From contig JAFEEI010000008.1 in the NCBI GenBank assembly GCA_018241205.1, forward strand, positions 2,924-66,923: a DNA stretch of 64,000 nucleotides, given 5' to 3'. This document shows positions 10,975 to 20,864 of the stretch, piece by piece (the stretch's first letter is position 1; the number at the start of each line of letters is the position of its first letter). The stretch comes from Pseudomonadota bacterium. GTDB taxonomy: Bacteria; Pseudomonadota; Gammaproteobacteria; Burkholderiales; Nitrosomonadaceae. The notes under the pieces were generated by a model. The model saw only the letters and a program-made list of their open reading frames with translations. It was not told the origin of the DNA and did no database searches. The position numbers were made by a program, and so were the translations under genes.

Positions 10975-11496
10975 ATGAACAATATGAAATCTCTACTTGT
11001 TGTAAAAATGACCCGGCCATTGTTAATTTTGGCGCTGTGTTTTTTGAATCCGGTGTCAGCAGACACCTTGGAAACGCTGAATATCAGGCCGCAAGAAGTA
11101 CCCGATGCCTGTAACGCACGCAGCGCTCAAGTCAGGGTAACGGTGAATAATATGAAAGCCGGCGGTGTTTTGAATGTTGAGTTGTACGATGATCCGGATA
11201 ATTTTCTATTCAAAAAAGGGCGCAAACGTAAGGTTCGTATTCCGGCAGCGGATGGGCAGCAAAAGGTTTGTATGAATCTCGAACAGCCGGGCACCTATGC
11301 GGTAGCGGTCTATCACGACATCGACGCCGACCGTAAACTAAAAAAACGCTGGAACTTGCTGCCCGAGGAGCCTTTTGGTTTATCCAACAATCCCAAACAA
11401 CAGAACAGTTTCCCCAAGTTCAGCGATTCCGCATTCACCACCGGCAAGCTGGGTGCCGATATTGTCATCAATCTGCAGCAACCACCCAAGCCATAA
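10975..11496 (+). CDS. DUF2141 domain protein
   Basis: PGTYAVAVYHD...P.EPFGLSNN motif. Confidence 0.8.
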   Translation: MNNMKSLLVVKMTRPLLILALCFLNPVSADTLETLNIRPQEVPDACNARSAQVRVTVNNMKAGGVLNVELYDDPDNFLFKKGRKRKVRIPAADGQQKVCMNLEQPGTYAVAVYHDIDADRKLKKRWNLLPEEPFGLSNNPKQQNSFPKFSDSAFTTGKLGADIVINLQQPPKP

Positions 11497-11499
11497 CCA

Positions 11500-12324
11500 G
11501 TGCAGACGTTGATCAGTCTGTCTATAGCGTTATGCGCCGTCTATCTGATTTTTGTCCTGCTGGTGTATTTCGGTCAAGCGCGCCTGATTTATTTTCCGGA
11601 AAAGCAACTCAGCAACACACCGGACGCAATCGGCCTGAATTATACCGCCGTCACCATCCCGGTCAGCGACGGTGAAACACTGCACGGCTGGTGGATGCCC
11701 GTTCCCGACGCCAAAGGTGTGGTGCTGTTTTTTCATGGCAATGCTGGCAATATTTCCCATCGCATCAATTATCTGACGATGTTTAAACGGCTCGGTTACA
11801 GCACCTTGTTGTTCGATTACCGCGGCTACGGTCAAAGCAGCGGCACACCGTCGGAATCCGGCACTTACTTGGACGCTCAGGCCGCCTGGCGTTACCTGAC
11901 CGGAACCCAAGGGTTCGCCGCGGCACGGATCGTCTTGTTCGGTGAATCGCTGGGCGGGGCGGTAGCGAGCTGGCTGGCGGCGCGTGAAAAACCCGGCTTG
12001 CTGGTTTTGGCTTCCACTTTTACCTCCGTCCCCGAGCTGGCGGCGGAAATTTACCCGTTCCTGCCGGTGCGCTGGATCAGCCGGTTCGAATACAACACAC
12101 TGGCATCGCTGCAATCGGTGTCCTGTCCGGTTTTCATTGCACACAGCCCGGAGGATGACATTATTCCGTTCCGGCATGGCGAGCGGTTGTTTCAAGCCGC
12201 CCCGGAACCGAAACAGTTTTTACCGTTGGAAGGCGGTCACAATACCGGCTTCATTTTTATGCAACCGGCTTGGATAAAATCATTGGGTGCGTTCATGGAC
12301 AAAAACCTGAATGCAGCGCTGTAA
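11500..12324 (+). CDS. Alpha/beta hydrolase (BEM46/ABHD-like)
   Basis: FFHGNAGN, DYRGYG, GESLGG nucleophile elbow and GGHN. Confidence 0.9.
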   Translation: MQTLISLSIALCAVYLIFVLLVYFGQARLIYFPEKQLSNTPDAIGLNYTAVTIPVSDGETLHGWWMPVPDAKGVVLFFHGNAGNISHRINYLTMFKRLGYSTLLFDYRGYGQSSGTPSESGTYLDAQAAWRYLTGTQGFAAARIVLFGESLGGAVASWLAAREKPGLLVLASTFTSVPELAAEIYPFLPVRWISRFEYNTLASLQSVSCPVFIAHSPEDDIIPFRHGERLFQAAPEPKQFLPLEGGHNTGFIFMQPAWIKSLGAFMDKNLNAAL

Positions 12325-12354
12325 TTTAAGCTGGAAACAGCCGGAAATAAGCCA

Positions 12355-12873
12355 TCAATCCTTCCGGCCGCCCCAGTCATGTCCTTTTTTACCATAATCT
12401 CCACGATCGCCCCTGTCATGGTTTCCACCGTTGCCGCGCCCGGGACGATAGTCATGATCGCGGCGTTCAGCCCGATCGTCGTCGTCATGATGATGTCCAG
12501 CATCATGGTATCCGCCGGGATAACCGCCTTGACTGTGATAATGCGGCACGTATACGTTGTTATACCAGTCTTTTTCTACAAAATAGACCGGCTGGTAGCA
12601 GGCATTGTAACGGTGGCAATATTTATCCCATCGTTTGGCGTGACCCGGCGGTACATAGAGATAAATCGGCGGTTGCTGAACAGCGGCAGCGGGTGGCGGC
12701 AGCGCTAGGACAGGATTCGGGTAAAGCAATTGCGGCGGCACGGGATACTGATTGCCCAAGGTAATCTGGCCATAAAAACCGGGCTGGCCGATGCTGACGG
12801 TAACCCCCACATCACTTGCCAATACCGGTGCTGGAATAACTGAGATCATCGCTGCCAATAAAAAACTGCGCAT
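12355..12873 (-). CDS. Exported hypothetical protein with Pro-rich and Gly/His/Asp-rich regions
   Basis: Signal peptide, SIGQPGFYG and PPGHAK motifs; GAGG Shine-Dalgarno upstream. Confidence 0.75.
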   Translation of the reverse strand: MRSFLLAAMISVIPAPVLASDVGVTVSIGQPGFYGQITLGNQYPVPPQLLYPNPVLALPPPAAAVQQPPIYLYVPPGHAKRWDKYCHRYNACYQPVYFVEKDWYNNVYVPHYHSQGGYPGGYHDAGHHHDDDDRAERRDHDYRPGRGNGGNHDRGDRGDYGKKGHDWGGRKD

Positions 12874-13008
12874 GTGAATACCTCTTTTGCGAAAAAAATG
12901 ATCAAAAATGGAGCGGCGCTTTTACCGCTGAGTTTGCCAAGAAATGCTTTTGATCGAATAGTACTGCACTCACGATAAAAAAGTAAAAGATAAATCGGTG
13001 CTGTAAAA

Positions 13009-13572
13009 ATGCCCGGTTCCCCTATAATGGGATCAGCATATCCACCGCAGAGGTTGAAAATTTCTGATATCGAACAAGATACTTATGAACTGGCAGTAAA
13101 AGTGGGGCAAAACCTTGCGCAACGCGGTTGGATGCTGGTAACCGCGGAATCGTGCACCGGCGGCTGGGCCGGTCAGGCAGTCACGGCGGTGCCCGGCAGC
13201 TCGGGCTGGTTCGAGCGCGGCTATATCACTTACAGCAACGCCGCCAAACGTGAAATGCTCGGTGTGCAACAAGCCACGCTGAATCAGTATGGCGCAGTAT
13301 CCCCGCAAACCGCACAAGAAATGGCGATCGGTGCGCTTACTAGAAGCCATGCGCAGATCAGTGTATCGATCACTGGAATCGCCGGACCGGACGGCGGCAC
13401 GGCGACGAAACCGGTTGGCATGGTGTGCTTCGCCTGGGCGGCGCAGGATGGTTTAGTGCAACAAGAAACCCGTTACTTTACCGGCGGCCGCGAAGCCGTC
13501 CGCCGCCAGGCCGTGGCTACCGCGTTACAAGGCATTCTGCGTATAGCAGGTGATACAACAGCCGTAGCCTGA
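13009..13572 (+). CDS. CinA C-terminal / NMN deamidase (PncC)
   Basis: AESCTGG, YSNAAK and ITGIAGPDGG motifs; start uncertain. Confidence 0.9.
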   Translation: MPGSPIMGSAYPPQRLKISDIEQDTYELAVKVGQNLAQRGWMLVTAESCTGGWAGQAVTAVPGSSGWFERGYITYSNAAKREMLGVQQATLNQYGAVSPQTAQEMAIGALTRSHAQISVSITGIAGPDGGTATKPVGMVCFAWAAQDGLVQQETRYFTGGREAVRRQAVATALQGILRIAGDTTAVA

Positions 13573-13590
13573 AACAATAAACGGCTGCGA

Positions 13591-14211
13591 TTAGTGATCG
13601 CCCGCCTGCATGCTGGTTTGCGTAATAATGCGGTCGCAGTAGGCAATGGCGATCGCCGAAAGCAAAAATGCCACGTGGATTCCGGTTTGCGCGAGCAGCG
13701 TTTTTACATCGTACGCGCTGGCATTGATGAATGTTTTCAGCAGGTGGATCGACGAAATTCCGATGATCGCCGTGGCCAGTTTCACTTTCAGCACCGATGC
13801 GTTGACATGCGACAACCACTCCGGTTGATCCGGGTGTCCTTCCAGATTCATGCGTGAAACGAAGGTTTCATATCCGCCGATAATGACCATGATCAGCAGA
13901 TTCGAAATCATCACTACGTCGATCAAACCCAGCACTACGAGCATGATGGTGGTTTCCGTCAATCTATCATCCGGCCGGGTCGCGCCCTCGATGGTAACGA
14001 TGTCGAGAATGTGATCGAGCGCTTCTTTATTACCCATCACCGCACCGATCAGATCCGTCAACTCAACCCAGAAGTGAAAGACATACACGCACTGCGCCAA
14101 CACCAGCCCGATATACAATGGCAACTGCAACCAGCGGGTAAAGAAAAGGAAATGTGCGATGAAGGGAATTCTCTGTGCTGCTGTTTTCTGTGGCTTATCT
14201 TTTTGTTCCAT
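13591..14211 (-). CDS. TIGR00645/UPF0114 membrane protein
   Basis: RWLQLPLYIGL, IGGYETFVSR and LKVKLATAIIGISSIHLL motifs. Confidence 0.88.
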   Translation of the reverse strand: MEQKDKPQKTAAQRIPFIAHFLFFTRWLQLPLYIGLVLAQCVYVFHFWVELTDLIGAVMGNKEALDHILDIVTIEGATRPDDRLTETTIMLVVLGLIDVVMISNLLIMVIIGGYETFVSRMNLEGHPDQPEWLSHVNASVLKVKLATAIIGISSIHLLKTFINASAYDVKTLLAQTGIHVAFLLSAIAIAYCDRIITQTSMQAGDH

Positions 14212-14687
14212 ATCTTCTTATGCTGTAAAAAATGCCGCAAGAATAGCACAGCGGCGGTTAAAAATATTCGGCTTTTTTATCTGATTGGTGCGCTAAATTT
14301 TGGGTTGTTTGTTGCGAATTTCAATAGATCAGGTGTTTTCGTTTGGAGTGGTAAGAAACCTGTGATGGAAGGTTGAAATGCCTTTTTAACCGCAGTATCG
14401 ATAAGATGCCGGCTGACGAAGAACATTTACAGAATTCTCATTCGATGCAACGGCAATCGGTATACTGGTCGCAGATGGGCGATTGTATTCGCGCTGCCGC
14501 TACTAAAGAAGCTTTGCAAGAACACCCGTTGCAGTTTTGAAACCTTTTGTTCGTCCGGGATGAAATTCCGGCACAGTTTCGCGACAATATTCAGTGAGCG
14601 CATATGAGTTTGATCAATGCGCGTTCGTCATAACACACGCTTAAGGTTTATCATTCAGTTTTTATCAATTAACCGCCCGCGAGATTC

Positions 14688-15845
14688 ATGGAACCCATCT
14701 ACTTCGACCACAACGCCACCACCCGCGTCGACGACGCCGTTTTAGAAGCCATGCTGCCGTATTTCCAGCAGCAATTCGGCAACGCCTCGAGCCGTCACGG
14801 TTACGGCATCCATGCGCGGCGAGCGATCGACAAAGCGCGTAAGCAGGTGGCGGAGGCGGTGGGGGTGCTGCCGGTGCAGGTGGTTTTCACCAGCGGCGGT
14901 TCGGAAGCGAATAATTTGTTTGTGCGCGGCGCAGCCGATAGTTTGAAGCCGGGGAATCTGTTCATCAGCGCGATCGAGCATCCGTGCGTGCTGAAACCGG
15001 CACAAGCGATTACGCGGCGCGGTTGCGATCCCTGGGCGATGCATCAGCTGACGGTCAATGCGGAGGGGCAAGTCGATATGGCCGCCGCCGAAGCCGCGAT
15101 GCAAGCGAATAAACCGGACGTGGTATCGGTCATGCTGGCGAATAACGAAACCGGCGTGATTCAGGATATCACCGCGATTGCCGGGCTGGCGCGGTCGCAT
15201 GGTGCGACTGTGCACACCGATGCGATTCAGGGATTGGGCAAAATCCCGGTGGATTTTTCAGCGCTCAACGTGCATGCAATGACATTGTCGGCGCACAAGA
15301 TTTACGGCCCGAAAGGCGCGGCGGCGCTGATCGTCGACAAGCGCTTGCTGTTGAAACCGTTGATTTACGGCGGCGGACACGAAAACGGCATGCGTTCCGG
15401 CACCGAGAATGTGCCTGCGATTGTGGGATTTGGCGTGGCGTGCGAATTGGCCGTGGCGCGCCTGGCGGAAACCGCACAACATACCGCCCGGCTGCGCGAG
15501 CAATTGGAAGCAGGATTGCTTGGCATGGGTGCGGCAATTTTCGGCAGCGCTGCCGCGCGCATTCCGAACACTTGTTATTTTGCCTTGCCGGATATCGAAG
15601 GCGACACACTGGTGGTGAAGCTCGACAAAACCGGTTTTGCCGTTGCCGCCGGGGCGGCGTGCTCCAGTGTGAATCCCGGACAAAGCCACGTGCTCGCGGC
15701 GATGGGAATCGATCCGCTGCTGGCGCGCTGCGCGGTGCGCGTCAGTCTTGGCCGGGACAATACACCGGAACAAGTCGACGATTTTTTGCGTGCGGCGCAA
15801 CGCATTGTTACGGAATTGCGGCAAACAAGCAGTATTTCATTTTAA
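14688..15845 (+). CDS. Cysteine desulfurase (IscS/NifS class V aminotransferase)
   Basis: YFDHNATT, SAHKIYGPKG (PLP lysine), RSGTEN and GAACSS catalytic Cys. Confidence 0.93.
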   Translation: MEPIYFDHNATTRVDDAVLEAMLPYFQQQFGNASSRHGYGIHARRAIDKARKQVAEAVGVLPVQVVFTSGGSEANNLFVRGAADSLKPGNLFISAIEHPCVLKPAQAITRRGCDPWAMHQLTVNAEGQVDMAAAEAAMQANKPDVVSVMLANNETGVIQDITAIAGLARSHGATVHTDAIQGLGKIPVDFSALNVHAMTLSAHKIYGPKGAAALIVDKRLLLKPLIYGGGHENGMRSGTENVPAIVGFGVACELAVARLAETAQHTARLREQLEAGLLGMGAAIFGSAAARIPNTCYFALPDIEGDTLVVKLDKTGFAVAAGAACSSVNPGQSHVLAAMGIDPLLARCAVRVSLGRDNTPEQVDDFLRAAQRIVTELRQTSSISF

Positions 15846-15851
15846 AAGCGC

Positions 15852-16667
15852 ATGGCAGCGAGCAAACTTCGCTACAATGCCGGATTGATCAAACCGCCTC
15901 GCGCAATCAATCCCGATATGACTCATCAAACCGAGAAACCGATCAAAGCGATTATCCTGAGCGCCGGACAAGGGCGGCGGCTGCTGCCGTTGACCGAAAA
16001 CACGCCGAAATGCCTTTTGCCGGTTACCGGCAAACCGGTGCTGGCGTGGCAAATCGACGCGCTGCTAACTGTTGGCGTAACCGATATTACCGTCATCACC
16101 GGTTTCCAGGTGGGATTGATCGAAGACTTGCTGCGGCAGCGTTATGCGCAGTATCCCGGCATCAAAATCCTGTTCAATCCGTTTTATGAAGTGGCGGATA
16201 ATCTCGCCAGTTGCTGGATTGCGCGCGGCGAAATGGATGGCGATTTTCTGATTCTGAACGGCGATACCGTAATCGAAGCCGCGCTGCTGAACAAGGTCTT
16301 GAATTCGCAGGCTGCGCCCATTACACTCAGCGTGGATTTCAAAGACAGCTACGACGCCGACGATATGAAAGTGCAACTGGATGCCGACGGTTGGGTACAG
16401 CAAGTCAGCAAAATCGTACCGCCGCATGAAGTTAACGCGGAATCGATCGGCTTGATTTATTTCCGCGGCGACGGTGTGCAACTATTCCGCCAAGCGGTGG
16501 AAGAAGCGTTACGCCACCCGGCGGAGTTGAAATCGTGGTATTTGTCGATCATCGACCGGCTGGCCAAGCAACATCTGGTCAATTCCTGTTCGATCAAAGG
16601 ATTACGCTGGTGTGAGATCGATTTCATCGAGGATTTATCGCGTGCGGGCATTATTTTTAGTCAATGA
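15852..16667 (+). CDS. LicC/CpgD-like nucleotidyl(cytidylyl)transferase
   Basis: IILSAGQGRRL, PKCLL, LNGD, DDMKV and WCEIDF motifs; start may be 15918. Confidence 0.85.
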   Translation: MAASKLRYNAGLIKPPRAINPDMTHQTEKPIKAIILSAGQGRRLLPLTENTPKCLLPVTGKPVLAWQIDALLTVGVTDITVITGFQVGLIEDLLRQRYAQYPGIKILFNPFYEVADNLASCWIARGEMDGDFLILNGDTVIEAALLNKVLNSQAAPITLSVDFKDSYDADDMKVQLDADGWVQQVSKIVPPHEVNAESIGLIYFRGDGVQLFRQAVEEALRHPAELKSWYLSIIDRLAKQHLVNSCSIKGLRWCEIDFIEDLSRAGIIFSQ

Positions 16668-16673
16668 TTTGGC

Positions 16674-17129
16674 ATGACACAGTTGTCGATTCCATCAGAA
16701 TTTAACGCGACGATGCGCAAGTTCGGCGCGCCGCAAACGATTATCCGCTCGTATCGTTACTGGTCGGTGCTGCTGCGTCCGGCACAGGCGACTCTTGGTG
16801 CATTGGTACTGGCCGCGCATGAACCGGCAAAAGCCTTTGCGGAATTAAGCCCGGCAAGCTTCACCGAATTGCACGAAGTCACTCGCGACATCGAAACGGC
16901 ACTGACCCAGGCGTTTCACTACGACAAAATCAATTACCTGATGCTGATGATGGTCGACCCGGACGTGCATTTTCATGTGCTGCCGCGCTATGCTCAGCCG
17001 AAATCGTTTGCCGGGCTGGAATTTATCGACGCCGGCTGGCCAGCGGTACCGAATCTGAGACAAATCAACGCCACCGATACGGCAATCAATCAGCGCATCA
17101 TGAATCATATTCAATCCTGCTGGTCTTAA
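16674..17129 (+). CDS. HIT family protein
   Basis: KINYLMLMMVDPDVHFHVLPRY, a variant histidine triad. Confidence 0.85.
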   Translation: MTQLSIPSEFNATMRKFGAPQTIIRSYRYWSVLLRPAQATLGALVLAAHEPAKAFAELSPASFTELHEVTRDIETALTQAFHYDKINYLMLMMVDPDVHFHVLPRYAQPKSFAGLEFIDAGWPAVPNLRQINATDTAINQRIMNHIQSCWS

Positions 17130-17150
17130 GCGAAACCTGCGAGACGACAC

Positions 17151-18215
17151 GTGACCGAAGAAAAAACCCCTTACGTCAAAGAATTTCCGCTACGCGAAGC
17201 GCATCATCTGGTGCGCGACCTGATGGCGCCGAATCCCTGGATTTACTGGAGCGATTTTCTGTTTCATATCACGCTCGGTTGGGCGGCATACTTTACCGCG
17301 CTGTTCTCCCCGCTATTTTCGTTGTGGCAACTGGGTGGTTTTGTGGTCGCCGTCCTGGCACTGTACCGCTCGGCGATTTTTGTGCACGAGCTGGCGCACT
17401 TGAAAAAAGGCACGTTCCAGAACTTCCGCCTGATATGGAATATTATCTGCGGCGTGCCGTTCATGATCCCGTCGTTCACTTACGACGGCGTGCATAACGA
17501 CCATCACAAGCCGGATGTCTATGGCACCAGCGCGGATGGCGAATATTTGCCGTTTGCCACGCGCCGACCGGCGGAAATAGTGGTTTATGTGTTGCTGTCG
17601 TTTCTAATCCCAATTGCATTGGCAGCGCGCTTCGTGCTGCTGACACCACTGTCATACTTAATTCCGCCGTTGCGTAAAATCGTCTGGGAGCGCGCCTCGT
17701 CGCTGACCATCGATCCCGCTTACCGGCGTGCGCCGGATGCCATCCGCAACGATCTCAACTGGCAGCAGCAGGAACTCGGCGCCTGCATATTCGGTTCCAG
17801 TGTTATCGCATTGGTTTGGTTGGGTGTGTTTCCGGTTTCAGTGCTGGTATTGTGGTACCTGATCGCGGTGGCTATTTTTATCCTCAATTCGCTGCGCACA
17901 TTGGCGGCGCACGCTTACCGCAATCCCGGCGACCGCAAAATGACCTTGCCGGAGCAGTATCTGGATTCGGTCAACATCCCCGGCAATTTTCTGATCACGC
18001 CGCTTTGGGCGCCGGTCGGGTTGCGTTACCACGCCACGCACCATTTGTTCATGAGCATGCCTTATCATAATTTAGGCCGGGCACAACGCCGCCTGGTCAA
18101 TAATCTGACCGACAATTCGCAGTACATCAAAACGCTGCGCAGCGGTTTGTGGCCGGCACTGAAGCAAATCTGGCGCGAATCGTCCGAAGCCGCGGCGAAA
18201 GCGCCGCAACGATAG
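17151..18215 (+). CDS. Membrane fatty acid desaturase
   Basis: His boxes HELAH, HNDHH and HATHH; TM segments. Confidence 0.88.
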   Translation: MTEEKTPYVKEFPLREAHHLVRDLMAPNPWIYWSDFLFHITLGWAAYFTALFSPLFSLWQLGGFVVAVLALYRSAIFVHELAHLKKGTFQNFRLIWNIICGVPFMIPSFTYDGVHNDHHKPDVYGTSADGEYLPFATRRPAEIVVYVLLSFLIPIALAARFVLLTPLSYLIPPLRKIVWERASSLTIDPAYRRAPDAIRNDLNWQQQELGACIFGSSVIALVWLGVFPVSVLVLWYLIAVAIFILNSLRTLAAHAYRNPGDRKMTLPEQYLDSVNIPGNFLITPLWAPVGLRYHATHHLFMSMPYHNLGRAQRRLVNNLTDNSQYIKTLRSGLWPALKQIWRESSEAAAKAPQR

Positions 18216-18262
18216 TCCGAGTGCTGACAACCATTCCAACCATAGAAAATTTATAACCATCT

Positions 18263-18949
18263 ATGACCAAACTGGTATTGCTGCGGCACGGCCAGAGTAT
18301 CTGGAACCGGGAAAAACGATTTACCGGCTGGAGCGATATTCCGTTGAGCCCCGAAGGCGAGCGGGAAGCGCAACAAGCCGGGTATTTGCTGAAGCAGGCA
18401 GGATTCACATTCGATATGTGCTTCACCTCGACACTGCAGCGCGCCAAAGCCACGGCGCGCATGGTATTGTCGGCGATGAATCTGGATATACCGGTATATG
18501 AGAACTGGCATTTGAACGAGCGCCATTACGGCGCGCTGGAAGGTATGGAGCGCTGGGAAGCGATCAAAAAATTCGGTATTTGGCCTATTCTGGGTTGCCA
18601 GATCAAATTTGATGCAACGCCGCCGTACCTGAATCCGCAAGACCCCCGTTTTCCCGGCAATCACCCTGGTTATACCAGTATCGATAAAGCTGAGATCCCG
18701 CGCGGAGAAAGCTTGCAGCACACGTTGACACGCATACAACCTTATTGGGAAGAAACGATCCGGCCGGAAATTCAGCAAGGAAAACGGCTGCTCATTGTTT
18801 CCCATCGCAATACCCTGCGAGTATTCACGATACTGTTGGATCAGCTATCGTCCGTAAACATCATGAAAACAAGGCTCGCCACGGCACGGCCTTTGGTTTA
18901 CGAACTTGACCGGCACTGCAAGACTGTGCGGCACTATTACGTGGATTAA
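18263..18949 (+). CDS. gpmA: 2,3-BPG-dependent phosphoglycerate mutase-like protein
   Basis: LLRHGQSIWN...FTGWSD and LNERHYGAL; divergent SHRNTLR in place of AHGNSLR. Confidence 0.8.
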   Translation: MTKLVLLRHGQSIWNREKRFTGWSDIPLSPEGEREAQQAGYLLKQAGFTFDMCFTSTLQRAKATARMVLSAMNLDIPVYENWHLNERHYGALEGMERWEAIKKFGIWPILGCQIKFDATPPYLNPQDPRFPGNHPGYTSIDKAEIPRGESLQHTLTRIQPYWEETIRPEIQQGKRLLIVSHRNTLRVFTILLDQLSSVNIMKTRLATARPLVYELDRHCKTVRHYYVD

Positions 18950-18965
18950 TCGGCTGCAACCGGCC

Positions 18966-19475
18966 ATGCCAACCATTTACAGCTTCCCGCCTATTGCCGG
19001 TAACCAGGCGAAAATTCTGATCCTCGGCAGTATGCCGGGGGAAGCGTCATTGGCAGCCCAACAATATTATGCGCATCAACGTAACGCTTTCTGGCCGATT
19101 ATGACGCAATTGCTGCACATCGACCCGCAAGCTTCGTACCAGGAAAAAATCACCGCGCTGCAATCATCGCCGATTGCGCTATGGGACGTGCTCAAATCCT
19201 GCAAGCGCACTGGCAGCTTGGATTCGATGATCGAGAGCGGCACACAGATCAGCAACGACTTCCCATCATTTTTTTCCACTCACCGGAAAATCACCCACGT
19301 ATTTTTTAACGGTGGAACTGCGGAGGCAAGTTTTAAGCGTTATGTATTACCCGGCAGCAGTCTTGACTTGACATTCGTACGCTTGCCTTCTACAAGTCCC
19401 GCCAATGCGCGCTTGTCATTTGATGACAAATGCAAAGCCTGGCATAACATGCTCCGTTCCGCCTTTAAATCCTGA
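18966..19475 (+). CDS. DNA-deoxyinosine glycosylase (MUG/UDG superfamily)
   Basis: LILGSMPG, QYYAHQRNAFW and LPSTSPANA motifs. Confidence 0.9.
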   Translation: MPTIYSFPPIAGNQAKILILGSMPGEASLAAQQYYAHQRNAFWPIMTQLLHIDPQASYQEKITALQSSPIALWDVLKSCKRTGSLDSMIESGTQISNDFPSFFSTHRKITHVFFNGGTAEASFKRYVLPGSSLDLTFVRLPSTSPANARLSFDDKCKAWHNMLRSAFKS

Positions 19476-19586
19476 CATCCATGCCAAAAATGTGACCAAC
19501 TCTTGACGGCAAAGCACGGGATGCGATTTACTTATGATGAAGAAGCGCAATACCAATTAATCCGTACTCACTCGAAAGGAATCGCG

Positions 19587-19661
19587 ATGAAAAAGATCAT
19601 TATTATTGTCCTTGTTATATTTATTGCCGGATACATTAGCCTGATGGTCCAATATTTTTAA
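19587..19661 (+). CDS. Putative 24-aa small membrane protein (MKKIIIIVLVIFIAGYISLMVQYF)
   Basis: AAAGGA Shine-Dalgarno just upstream of ATG; single hydrophobic helix with basic N-terminus. Confidence 0.45.
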   Translation: MKKIIIIVLVIFIAGYISLMVQYF

Positions 19662-19783
19662 AAAACAGCCCCGCACAAATCATTACTTGCGCTTCACGGC
19701 ATACAATGGTCAGGAAAAAAGCACGTGACTTTTCCTGAACACGCTGTGGCTTGCCAGCCAGACTGAGTGCACCAAATTGATGT

Positions 19784-20827
19784 ATGCCTTTATTCAGAAC
19801 ACACTGTTTTCTTTTCATCCTGCTAGCCGTTGCCACCTCGGTGTGCTACCACCGGTTTGACCAGTATCAGCAGACCGGACCTGAACTTTTGACCGGAAAC
19901 TGGAAATTCCAGGCAATGGAAAACAGCCGGGTTGATATTACGGAAGAAGGTCTAAACCTTTTTTCCAGCGATGCAAAAAACGGTGTCAGCGCGCACCAGG
20001 ATCTTGCCATGGTAAAACCGGGCACCGTTTTATTGGTTTCCGCCGATGTGAAATGCGATAACGTGAAAGCGGGTAAGTACTCCTGGAGCACGGCGAGACT
20101 TCTGTTGCCGCAAAATGATGGCAAAAAAGACCGCTGGGATCTGCCACACGGAGTGGTAACTCTGACAGGCAGTCATGATTGGAAAAATTACCGCAAGGCT
20201 TTCACCATTGCACCGGAAACTCAAAAAATCCGGCTGCTTGCACAACTCAACCAATCCACCGGATCGCTGCACATTCAGAATATTCATGTTTACCCGGTAC
20301 ATGAGAATGAAGCGTATCAATGGGCGAGAAGCTTCATTCTGCCTGCATGGGGTGCCTATTTTCTGCTGTTTGCCGGCTCATTTCTTTTTATCAACAAAAA
20401 GAATCTCTTCATCCGCTTACTGCTGATTTCCGTTTTTATTTCCATCATCGCCGGTATCACCTTGCCTGGCGATATAAAAAATCAAGTATCGAGCGACGTC
20501 AGAGTCCAGCTCGATAGTCAAAGCGAATCATTCAAAGCCGCCATTCCGTGGGATTTATCCAAGGTCTGGCATTTTTGCTTTTTCTTCCTGTTTGGCTTGA
20601 TTCTAATTGCCATGCTGGACAAGGCTTCAATCCCGCAAGGGGTAATCATGATTCTCCTGCCGGCCGGAGGCACCGAATTGACACAACTCTATATCGAAGG
20701 ACGAACGCCGCTCGTGAGCGATTTTTTTATCGATGCGGCGGGTGGGATGGCCGGGATGATTTTGACCAGGATTTTTATTTCAAAGCAGAATGATGCGTCC
20801 GCAAAAAACTCTATGGCTCATCGATAA
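19784..20827 (+). CDS. VanZ-family membrane protein with a periplasmic beta-sandwich domain
   Basis: C-terminal KVWHF...TELTQLYIEGRTP..SDFFID VanZ motif. Confidence 0.75.
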   Translation: MPLFRTHCFLFILLAVATSVCYHRFDQYQQTGPELLTGNWKFQAMENSRVDITEEGLNLFSSDAKNGVSAHQDLAMVKPGTVLLVSADVKCDNVKAGKYSWSTARLLLPQNDGKKDRWDLPHGVVTLTGSHDWKNYRKAFTIAPETQKIRLLAQLNQSTGSLHIQNIHVYPVHENEAYQWARSFILPAWGAYFLLFAGSFLFINKKNLFIRLLLISVFISIIAGITLPGDIKNQVSSDVRVQLDSQSESFKAAIPWDLSKVWHFCFFFLFGLILIAMLDKASIPQGVIMILLPAGGTELTQLYIEGRTPLVSDFFIDAAGGMAGMILTRIFISKQNDASAKNSMAHR

Positions 20828-20864
20828 TTCCAGGTCTGAAATACTTAAAAAATGATAGGCACTC

